Positions 40,201-50,185 of a DNA stretch of 64,000 nucleotides are shown here, in pieces. The notes below the pieces were generated by a model. That model did no database searches. It was not told the origin of the DNA and worked only from the letters and a program-made list of their open reading frames with translations. This DNA is from Azolla caroliniana (lineage: Eukaryota; Plantae; Polypodiophyta), in contig JBHGNT010000010.1 in assembly GCA_043228905.1 (NCBI GenBank), forward strand, positions 2,046,001 through 2,110,000, written 5' to 3'. Made by a program: the position numbers and the translations under genes. Within the stretch, counting starts at the first letter, position 1. Each line of letters starts with the position of its first letter.

Positions 40201-41216
40201 AAGTACGACCACACGAATGATAACACTTTACTATCTCATGAGGACCGTAATAAAGTAATACGCCAAGAAATATGGCAAATTTATACCCGGTATAAATGGA
40301 TCACCCCACTAGAGCCACTCCCATCTAAAATGTCGTACTATAAGGAACACTTTATGCACTTCTCTGAGTTAGGTTTTATCACGCGCCCAAAATATCTAGA
40401 TGTATTCTTACCACATGCACTAAGGGTTGCCATTGGTCAACTTAGAATATCATCTCACCAACTTGAGATTGAGAATGGACGTACTAATGGAGTCCCTAGG
40501 GAGGAAAGGATATGTAGGTTATGCCACATAGAGATAGAGGATGAGTACCATTTTACATGCAAATGCCCCACCTATGCCGAGATAAGGGCAAAATACCAAG
40601 ACATACTTGGTTCCTCTCCCACCCTCCCTAAACTATTAGATACACTAGATATAAAGAAATTAGGTAGATACATCTTAGAATTGAAACACCACAGAGAGAA
40701 CAAATTACAAAACGTTGATAATAATGTTGCTAATGTTTACCAACATATAACAAATGAAGTTTTTCAGGAACAGGGGGAGACAATGAATGTCGACACACCT
40801 GCACCACTCGGACTTCTCCTTGATGAAGCAGAAAATCAAAGAAGAACCAAACGCCCTCGGATGCCGGGTTTCAAAGCAACTCGACGAGATGTAGAAGCAA
40901 TAAAGAAAATAAGGGAACGTGAACTACACCGCCTAGAAGCCATGGCTAGGGCACTCTATGCATCGGGACCATGGGTCACACCCACACCAAAAACTTTTGA
41001 CCTCCCACTTCTTTTTGAGAGACTTGGGTGGAAATGAGATTAGGCTTGGTGCAAAGTTTTGTACACTACTAGAACTTTCTTAGCTTAAGCTATTTTCTTT
41101 TATTTTTAGTTTTGATGATTGGATAAACACTCATTTTTTGTTGTAACCTATTTGTCTCATGGGCCAAATTTGGCCTTAGAAGACGTTAATATATCTTTCT
41201 TTCTTTCTTTCTTTCT
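37291..41216 (+). mobile_element. Non-LTR retrotransposon (LINE; APE-RT-CCHC, RTE/RTEX-like), inserted in G1
   Basis: APE motifs LWNCNG, CLVETH, LVGDFNAR, STVDY, GADH; RT motifs QAGFR, FVDFRKAFD, GVKQGCPLSP, LLYADD; C-terminal CRLC..EDEYHF..KC; (TTTC)n tail 41194-41216. Confidence 0.93.
37323..41037 (+). pseudogene. LINE ORF2 (endonuclease-reverse transcriptase) with one stop and one frameshift
   Basis: TGA at 38898-38900 in place of the conserved W (FP.QW), plus a +1 frameshift in the G-run 38930-38938; otherwise open for about 1240 codons. Confidence 0.9.
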
Positions 41217-44200
41217 CGCAGTATTCCCAAGGTATCATTGAAGGAGACCGCCTCCACGGCTCCGTTGATTTCCTCGTTGGGCCCGAGAACTCCGCACGCC
41301 CGAAGTCGCTCTTCCGCCCTTGTCTTTTCTCGACCTACGACGCCGACTATCGTACACCCTCCGTTGTTGGAGAAACAAAACTTCCTACTTATGGTACAAA
41401 GATTCTTTGGTTTCGCTTTTATCGTACATTTGTGGGGTTTTCCTGGAGTGTCCGGACTGTCGCGGCCCCACGCCTTGGCAGCCCTCTCTAAAAATCCTCT
41501 CAGTTCTCGCCACCGAGGGAGTCGCGGTTTCGCTCGTGGTTGGGTCGTACCGTCAGGAACTGGACTGAATGACGCTCGTCTTGGCTCTTGACCCTCGCGT
41601 AAGCCGACCCGTTGTCCAGCACCTTGGTCTCCATTCGCGCCGCCATAATGTACGGTTCCCCTAGAATGACCGGGTGCGAGGACGTTTCCCGCACAAAGAA
41701 GTGCTGGTCTATTTCGACGTCGCCGATCTTGACTCGTACGTTTGGGCAGGCCCCGTGTACTTCCTCGGTGGCGCACGTTGCCACCCGTATCTTCCACCCG
41801 TGCTTAGTGTTGATTGGCCATTTCCCCTTTTTGTAGAAGTCCATGGACATAAGGTTTATTTCCGAACCGTGGTCCACCAGTGCCACCACCGGTTCCTGAA
41901 CATCTCCGATTTTCACCGGGGTTTCCGTGGTCGCTCGGGCCCAGTGTGGCCTCGAATAGTGGCTCTCCGCCCACTCGTCTTCCAGCGCCATGTCCTCTAT
42001 GTGCGTCGTCCGCACTTCCACCGGCCTTTCCGGTTCTATCTCCGTCGACAGCCTCTTCCTCTTCACCAAATCCATGATGGAGTCGTGGAACTCCTTCTTG
42101 GCTATCCCGAGCACCTCTCGCAACGACAGTTCCACCTTGCTGTCGAGGATTCGTTCTTCCAAGACCTTTCGTAGGTCCGTGGTCCTTTCGATCTCCATGC
42201 CCAACCGGTATCCGCCCTTCTTGTGGTTATCCCGGGCACTGGACTCACCAACCTCGTTCCGTTTCGGCCCGAATCGGGTTTCGTATCTCTGTGAGGGCCC
42301 GGTCCCTCCGTTTCTACCCACCCATTTGTCTCCAACCAGAGCCTCGTAGTTCTGGCAAGCTGCTTCGACGAAACCCGTCTTTTCTTCAACCGGGTCACTC
42401 CACCCGGTTACCTCCTGGACAACCTTCTCCGCACGGTCCGCCTTGTCCCTCTTCAATCGGGCACCAGCAAGGCCTTCCAGCACCGTCTGCCAGAACTCAG
42501 CTTTGCTCTCCTTCCGGGCCCCGCTGCCCCCGACCCGAATACCGGCTGACGCTGAGTAGTGGACGGTCTTCGCGTGCCGGGCTGCCGCCTCTTCCATCAG
42601 CCTTTTCATTCCTCCTCTTCCGTCGTTTCAGTTCAGGGCCCTCCAGGTATCGCTGGTGTGCACCCGACCCTCCCACAGGTACACTATCCCGCTTCTCAAA
42701 GCCTCCATAAAGTCCCCGCAGTCTTTCCGGATGTGGCCGACCTTGTCGCACCACATGCACCTACTTCCTGCCGGAGGCCGTCGGTCACGAGCCTGATCGC
42801 CGCCTTCCCTCCGAGCCTGGGCGATCTAGAGATCCTTTACCGCTCGTGGCAACTCCTCCAGAGTTGTTCCCCCGGACGAGCCTCTGATCACGCCGGTCGA
42901 AGACGAACCGGTTTCGAGCCACTCCCGGGTCTCTTCCCTTCGTGCATGTGGTATCAGTTCGAGCTTCCTTGCTGCGACAGGTCCCGCCCTGGTCGCCTCT
43001 GTATCAGCCCACTCCCACCGTTTGTCAAAACGGTCGCAGACTCTCTTTACCGCGGCCCAGTCGGTCGTCAGCCCGTCTTCGGTTTCCAGTAAGGAGCCAA
43101 CTTGCCCCCGATCCCGTGTGTCAACCGATTTCACAAACAATAGGACACGACTTGTGTCCAGAACAGTCCGATCGAGCGCCGAAAGGCGCGCAAAGCGTTC
43201 CTCAAACTCCCGGAGGAGTACCGACGCATTTCTTCCTTTGTTGGGGGACTCCACCCATTCCATGAAGCTTCGCTTCGTAAGTCGAAGTGCGTCATCCAGC
43301 CCGTATTTCTCCAGGAGCCGTCCTTCGAACTCTTCCCAGGTCCGGCTCTCCGCTCGGATCTCGAGCACCTCCGCATGGATGCCCGACATCGCCACTCGAG
43401 GGAATCCGGCAAGACGCCTCTCTTCCGGGATATCCCTCATCAACATCTCCGCCCGTTAGGACGCCAAATAACTCGTGGCATCCTTTCCACTGAACCGGCC
43501 GATCGTACCGACGATCGCCTCAATAGCCCTGTCAAGGGCGCCGGTGCCCTCACGCGCGCTCACTATCCAGTCTACGGCCGAAGCCATGGCCTCTGCAAGA
43601 TCCGACCCCCTCATCTTCTGCTCCTCTGCCGCCTGTTTCACGTCGGGTTCACCAAAGATGTCGCGTTGTTACGCGCGTGCGTGGAGAAACAAGGCGGGAC
43701 CACCGGGGTCTTGAACCAAAGAGCAGGTGATAGAAGGGGAAAGAGAAGGAGAGAGACTCCCGGTCACGTATGAGCAAAGAAACACAGGGGCGTGCCCGTC
43801 AACACAGAAGACGCGAATGGACACAGAGACAGGAAGAAACAAGTGTTTGTATATTAACGAATAACGAGTACACAGCAGAACACGCGAGCAGCTACAACCG
43901 AACAGGCCAGCGGACAGATGCCGATGCCTGTTCGTCTACGCACGAAATGGGAATAGGATGGAGGTGCTGCCGGAAGAATACGGGCGTTCCTCGAAGCAGC
44001 GCGAGCCTCCCGAAACCTGCAGAGAAGGGCAACAGAGAACAGACAGAGGAGAAGCGTTCGGTTCCGGTCTGACAACACTTCGTCCTCCTCAATGCGCTAT
44101 ATCTTCTCCCTACGTCTCCCTCTCCTTTATAGCGTCAAGAAGGGATCCGTCTCCCTCATTTACTTCCTAACTACCGAATCTAACTACCCCAGATCTCTCT

Positions 44201-45299
44201 CTGTACCTAATTCTCTATTATATACATTAAGAGTGCGCACACGTGAAGGGCCAGTTCATGTGCGCTATTCACCGATTGCGCTAGGGGACGATTTTCTTCA
44301 TGACAACGGACTCACCGAGGATTGGTCCGAAGTGGAGTGGGTATGCCGGCAACACGATGAGAAGCGGTCGGCCACAACACGGCCCGCGAGCGGCTGAAAA
44401 GGGAGGGTGGTGAGTGACTACGAACTACCATCGGAAGAGAGCTCAACGCGTGATGATTCGGAGGAGTTCGACCTAGAAGCTTTGGTACGGAAGGCATGCG
44501 AGATATTGACGACAAAGATCGAAGCCGAAGAAGGGTTGGGTCTGAGAGGATCGGAGGACGCGGAGGAAAGCGCCTCCCTACACATGGAGGATAGGGCCTA
44601 TGTGGAGGCTAAAAGAGCGTACAACTGTGACATTGGAGAGGGTGAGGAGCGAGTGACCCTCTTGTCTTGCAGAAAAAGGACGGCCATGGAGAAGGTCGGG
44701 GACTACGGAGTGATAAGCGCCACTTTAAGAGTGGGCGGAAGTTTCGTGACACGGTTTCCCGAAACATCGAGCGAGGAGGCTTGCGTAATCGGAGACGGGG
44801 TAGCCACGGACGAAGGTGGCTAAGGACATGACATCGACAAGCAATGGTGTCGGGACCTTGCCCAGACCAGTTCTAGAGACTTCGGCGGTCAACCACGAGG
44901 GCCCACGTGAGTCCGGAGAGACGAACGGTGGCAGCGGCAAGGCGGGCAACCGAGACGACGATGAGGAGAATGAGGAAGATTGTAGCAGACGGAGGCAATA
45001 TCCCTCGACACCGGTGCTAGAGACTATGGTGGTTGCGCCTGAGTGCCAACATAAGACCAGAGAGATGGGTGGTGATCGTGAGGATGCAAGCCCCGGACCG
45101 CACATATACAAATGGACCGATGGAGAGGCCGGGAGCATCAAAAAGGGGAGAGTCGAGAACCGACCCAACTGGATGGGATACTAGTTGACGTGAAAGAAGA
45201 ATGGAGTGGGGGCCAATCGACTGGGCCTAACCCAAAAGAGAGCCAAGACGGCCGAAATTGTTCGGCCGAACCAGTATCGGCCGAGTACGATTACGGAAG

Positions 45300-46110
45300 A
45301 GACAGGAACAGGAACAAGAGCGTGAAAGGAGTAGTAGTGACCGCGATGCCGAATCGGATGAAAATTTCAATTTCGGGCCGGTTGAAGAAGCCGAGAAGAA
45401 AACCGGGGCCGTAATTGCAAGGAAGAGCTGAAGACAGCAGAACAAAGGGGAAATATAACCAAGAAGGGCGTAAAGGACAAGACCAAGACGTGGCCTGACG
45501 TTGTCAAGGGCAGCAGAAGAGGCACCAACACCGCAACAGCAAGGGAGCTAAGAAGGGCCGCATGAGTAGACAAGCTGATCGGAAGGGTTGAAGCATGCGG
45601 AATCGAACAGGTCGAGGAGCGCGAGCGAGGTGAAGCTAGGAGAGGCCGAAGCGAAGATCCGGGAAAAGCATATGGAACCTCAAGTTGAGCTTGAGGGGGA
45701 GTGTTGAGAGACAAACTCAACATTGGGTGCGTAAACGGGTGCGTAACCTAGTGCGTAGACTGGGTGTGTAAAACCGTACGCAAAATATGGTCGTAGCAGT
45801 ATGCAAATCGAGAGGCCATTGGAATGTTATTGCTCGTAAGGAATAATTTTGGGAGTAAATGTAGGATGCTCATTTATGAGCAGTCAAGTACTGTAAGTAC
45901 TTGTGTTAGCCCAATTGTCAGGGCTTGTATAAAAGGTGCTCACTGAGCACGAACTATGTACAGAGAACATACAGAGAATTATTTTTTAATATAGTTTCGT
46001 TTTTCTGCTCTCTTTGTCTCTCCCTCTCTTTCTCTGTGATTTTTGCGTTTTACCGAACTGTCGTGCTTCCGAACCGTGTACTCTGTGTCTTTCGCATACG
46101 CTTCTGCACA
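45300..46110 (+). mobile_element. 3' end of copia B-family element B4 (3' extension, PPT, LTR 45702-46110); left boundary approximate
   Basis: KTKTWPDVVKG motif as in B3; CTCAAGTTGAGCTTGAGGGGGAG PPT identical to B3; LTR TGTTGAG...GCACA similar to 8241-8626. Confidence 0.8.
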
Positions 46111-46435
46111 CGAGGAGTAAACTCTAAATAGACACGAGGACTAAACCCACATGATGACGAAGAAGAAGACCTAGATGAAACCCTAAAGAAAGTAAGTAAG
46201 AAGAGAAAAACTACCATCCATACCTTAGACCTAAGTGGTATACCCTTCTAACTCCAAAATGGGCAACCCCTCATAAGAGCCCCTTCCTCTCCTTTTATAG
46301 TCCGAGGGAAGGACGTTACAATGTGGGATAAATATCCCCTTGTTATTTTATACACATTACTGAATGTACATGTGCACACGGTGCACATTACCGACTTTGC
46401 CCATTCCACCCAGTTTTCTCACTGTCCACCGGAAT

Positions 46436-46888
46436 TGTAACCGCCGGCCATAACACATTGTAAATAGATTATTATATTAGGGGCATTAAAGTAACGCATG
46501 TAATGGTTCACGCAAGAAGCATAACCGATCAGAAGCCATGTGTATATAAAGGGTGAAAGAACATTGTAAAGGGTAGCATATTTTTTAGAGCACCGTTAAT
46601 ATAGTTTCTATCTTCTCTAATCTTTGTATGACACCTACTAGTCTCTTGTCTATCATTCTTTTTCTCTGTACATGACTGTGTAGCAGTAAGCGTGGGGTAA
46701 GTGCGTGTGCGTAACTATGCACAATCGGAGGTTCAATTGTAGCCATCTCTCTTGACGCCCTTTTGTTCCGCTCTACTACGTAAAGTCCCTATGATCCATG
46801 CACTACGTATTTCTCTCTCCTTGCACCACAATCACCTTGAAACCTACCCCGAAGGACTAAGGGTAGGTTGTGTTCCTAATCGGTAATA
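46436..46888. mobile_element. Solo LTR of a third family
   Basis: TGTAACCG...CGGTAATA imperfect terminal inverted repeat; 5-bp TSD GGAAT at 46431-46435 and 46889-46893; host LTR is continuous across it. Confidence 0.8.
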
Positions 46889-47365
46889 GGAATCTTCACG
46901 ACAACGTAAAAGTGACTTAGTAATTGAAGAGTTAGCTGAAGATATGAAGCTACTTCCTTGGCGGTCACTGCAAGGAATTAAGGATGACAAATTATTGATA
47001 CCTATATTATCAAGAGTGGCCGCCAAGGAGTTTAGGCTTGACGAAATGGTCATAGAGTTTCAAAAGTGAGTCATCTATGTGCATGTATAACTTTTTGATT
47101 TGATTGCTTTGTTGATTTGTTCTTTATTCTAATTTTAGTTTCTTTTGTTTTTTAGCCATAAGGTGTATATGAAGATACAAGAGTTGATGATGAAAAAATT
47201 GTCCATGCCTACGTGGGAAGAAGTGGAGCAATCTTGCCCAAAAACATCATCTTACAAGGCTCTTGAAGAATTCTTTATCGTGTTTAGAGAATGGGTATGT
47301 ATGTTATACAAATATTAATTGATTTTTGGATAATGGGTTTCTTCTTACAAAATTTATAATTATAG

Positions 47366-48619
47366 AAATCACCTAGTTCAAAGAAAAATAGTGATAGCAA
47401 TGAAGGCATACCTAGCGCCTTCATCACCTATTTGGAACAAGCTAAATACAAGAAACAGATGACAAAAGGAAAGGAGCTCATGGTGCCCGAGGACTCAGAT
47501 ACCGTAAAAAGCTTTTTGCACAAGAGTGATCCTTTTCGACAATTGTATTATAGTGTATATAATGGTGATGTGGGTAATATGCTTGACATATTACCCAAGA
47601 GACATTATACATTGCACGTGGCGGATATACTATATGGCTTCAGAATATCAGGCTCAACATACGATGATGTGCCATACAAATATCCACAAATAGAGAAGAT
47701 GGTTAAGGACTTTATGAAGCTAACCCTGGCACCATTATGGCAAATTGTTATATTTCACAGTATGGGTCAGGCGTTATCGGTCACGACTGCATTGAAGTCG
47801 AGATGCCATGCCACCGAACATATGCATTGGTAAGCATTATGTTACTATATATTTAATGTATGGATATTATGTTGCTTACTACATATTTATTAACTTGTTT
47901 CGATTCAATTATACAATAGAGTTAAAACGAACATAACTTGTACCCCGGGTGATCGAATGGTGAGCGTTGTGGAGCACATGTGCGTGGTTACTATGATGCA
48001 ATTTCTAAGAAGAAGGCTCGGGCACATGTTAATGAGCGGAACGTTGTCAACTATATCAGGTGCCCAGCTGTAACGAAGAAATTGTGCCACATGTCTAGCG
48101 ATAAGAGTTTAGTAAACCCTTATCAAAAGCCCCAACGATTGATTAATCGATTGGTCAAGTTGTTCTCGAACCCTGATGATTGGGTTCTTGACTTATTTTC
48201 TAGAACAGGTAATCTCATAAGTTTCATCAATTTTTTTAAAAATGAAATATTATTTCTTGTCCTGTTTTCTTACTTTTGTATGTGTGATTGTTTATCTAGG
48301 AACGACAACTGCATGTGCTCTTAAACTGTTCAAGAACTACGTCGCATTAGAAAAGGACCCTGACCAAGTCAATTTTATTAAGATGAGGATCCAAGGCATC
48401 TGGGATTGTCCTGACCAGGACCAAGAGGTTGGGGCAAAGCATATCAACAAAACAGAGATGTTTCTAATGGCCTCCAGAGAGCCGATGGAACCTATAGACG
48501 AGGAAGGAGGCGACCTTGTCGACCTTGAAGATGCACCATGTTCTGATCATATACAAGATTCAGCTGAGGAGACAGAACATGTTGATGCAACACCACTGTC
48601 AACTGATCTTGGAGAGTAG
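47366..48619 (+). pseudogene. Beta-class DNA amino-methyltransferase domain (PF01555-like), exons 47366-47829, 47920-48208, 48300-48619
   Basis: YNGDVGNMLDILPKRHYTLHVADILYG (GD...lp...D.PY motif IV); W|VKTN...VEH; VNPYQKPQRLINRLVKLFSNPDDWVLDLFSRTG|TTTACALKLFKNYVALEKDPDQVNFIKMRI (motifs X, I, II). GT-AG introns at 47830-47919 and 48209-48299. Confidence 0.88.
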
Positions 48620-49489
48620 CCTGTTCCAGACCTCCTAATGGAGTGATTGTATATTAGTTTGTATTTATAACTATAAAATTGTAACATTAAACTTGTTTTG
48701 GAATATAATATTATTTTGTTTGAGTACCATTTCTTTACACTATCTGATTGGTTTGCAAGTTACTTTAATTGCCTATCATATATTTCTATTGGTTGACTCG
48801 CAAAATATGTGGTTGTTAAGTATCATTTTTATTGAATAGATGATGATGAACTTATTGATTGTATGACAAATATTGGTTATAATTGTTTCTTTATTAATAT
48901 AATTGAATTTAGCTTTATTCTAGGATTTCTGAGCTCTTTAATCTTGGTTATTTAGTTTCGAGTGTACAGAATAATATTAAGTCAACATTGTTGCTCACTT
49001 GATCTTACATTTAGGTTGTTCATATATGATTGGGACATAATGTTTGTAGAAGTTTTTGGGCATGTGAGGTATATAATGTGATATTCACTTGTGAATATGT
49101 GTCTAATTATACCCAAAAATGCAATTTGCTCATTTAATATAACAAGCTTTATAGGAGTTAGAGAGAAATATAGCATTAAAATTGTGTTTCTAAAATTGTT
49201 CAATTGGATTCAAATTCAACATTATGTAAAATGAAGCTTATTACAATGATTGTTGAAAGCATTCTCATAATCCAAGCGAATGTCCGGCTAAATATGTGTA
49301 TGAATTGAGAAAATACAGGTTAAATTTGAAATCTTGATAATATTAACTGTGTTTTTTATTGATGTTTTTAAAAATCTTGTGCGCATGCATGATACATTCT
49401 TGAAAGTTTGTTAAAAAACTGTAATTCTTGACATCTCATGTATTTATCAATAAAGGAATGCGACATATTACCTGTTCTAAATGACCCGA

Positions 49490-49917
49490 TGTTCAAGGTC
49501 AACAAAACAATGCATTGAGTGTGTATACTAATTGTAAGTAGACAGATGTGTTCGAAAGCTATGGGCAACACATTACATTTAATACACATGTTAACATCTC
49601 AGTTACCCCCAAAAAAATGATACCATGTTAGAGTATCACTGTAGAATAATATCGAAATGATTTTTATTCTGATTCAAGATATTAGAATGGATGATTGTAG
49701 CTATCCATTTCTAATTTTAATTAGTATACGTTCAATTGTTTATTGATTTTCTCACTACCATCTTTAGAACTTTCTTTGAGGTATGTATCTTAGAAGAACG
49801 TCCTTTGATAAATGTAGTTGTTTGCAGTGAAGTTATTGATGGAGCCACACAAAGGTCTCTTCACAATTAACCGTCATTGTATCTCTTGTCTTCCAAGTTC
49901 TAACATATATATTTAAG
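49490..49917 (-). repeat. Inverted copy of 52948-53310 plus 53603-53621/54267-54315
   Basis: Reverse complement matches, e.g. CTTAAATATATATGTTAGAACTTGGAAGACAAGAGATACAATGACGG. Confidence 0.9.
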
Positions 49918-50047
49918 ACCATTCATGTGTTGGGTTACAGTCATTCATTCATGTGTTGGGTTACAGTCACAACATATTTGATCCATTCATGTGTTGGCGA
50001 TAATAAATGGATGAATGAATGACTGTAACCCAACACATGAATGGTCT
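49916..50047. repeat. Perfect 37-bp inverted repeat (hairpin)
   Basis: AGACCATTCATGTGTTGGGTTACAGTCATTCATTCAT at 49916-49952 and its reverse complement at 50011-50047. Confidence 0.95.
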
Positions 50048-50050
50048 CGT

Positions 50051-50185
50051 TGTTGCCGATAATAAACGGATATTGTGCCGCCATGGTCTCACTATTGCCG
50101 ATAATAAACGGATATTGAAGCGCCATGGTTTCGCTATTGTTGATAATAAATGGATACTATGGCGCCATGGTATTGCTATTGCCGA
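50051..50185. repeat. 42-bp tandem repeat, about 3.2 copies
   Basis: Units start at 50051, 50093, 50135, 50177: TATTGCCGATAATAAACGGATATTG..GCGCCATGGT..CGC. Confidence 0.9.

Larger units (their letters stand above)
27072..44305 (-). mobile_element. Ty3/gypsy element G1 (non-chromovirus; gag-PR / RT-RH-INT), interrupted by G2 and a LINE
   Basis: LTRs 43659-44305 (5') and 27072-27719 (3'), about 24 differences in about 648 bp by eye. PBS TGGTGAACCCGACGTGAA 43654-43637; PPT 27720-27733; TSD ACGC/ACGG. Protease LVDHGSEIN, RT FLDD, integrase 27826-28830. Confidence 0.93.
26068..45300 (+). mobile_element. Gypsy element G0: 5' LTR 26068-26763, tRNA-Trp PBS 26769-26786, degenerate gag (about 26790-27071 and from 44306); 3' part lost, right boundary approximate
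   Basis: TGTCGTGAAG...CGCGACA, then TGGTGAGCCCGACGTGAA. Gag reads EDDYGTH|GLTEDWSEVEWVCRQHDEKR across the G1 insertion, like GLTTDWAAVKRVCDRFDKR in G1. Confidence 0.75.
26060..46903 (-). mobile_element. Outermost gypsy-group LTR (pieces 26060-26067 and 46111-46903) inserted in the ParB-MTase gene, containing about 20 kb of nested elements
   Basis: Right end AATCTTCACGACA at 46903, then ACGT. Left end TGTTGCGG is preceded by ACAT (26056-26059). 46111-46435 resembles the solo LTR at 15060-15420. Confidence 0.7.
20611..48619 (+). pseudogene. Split, intron-containing ParB-like domain + beta-class N6A/N4C DNA methyltransferase gene (segments 20611-21622, 25718-26059, 46904-48619)
   Basis: Reading frame rejoins across TSD AAAGT (..FVECK|VYASLTHEEAKLLA) and across TSD ACAT/ACGT (..KSKS|RKSDLVIEEL). 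ParB-like YYVIGGSH..E.RRQL at 21525-21570; MTase motifs at 47550-48400. Confidence 0.8.

Noticed and set aside
8241-46110. LTRs at 8241 and 45702 as the two ends of one giant element
   Set aside because: Flanks CGAAT vs CGAGG do not match, the LTRs are clearly diverged, and the nesting order is incompatible
47366-48619. Bacterial contamination as source of the methyltransferase
   Set aside because: GT-AG introns and plant LTR elements inserted with TSDs in the same gene
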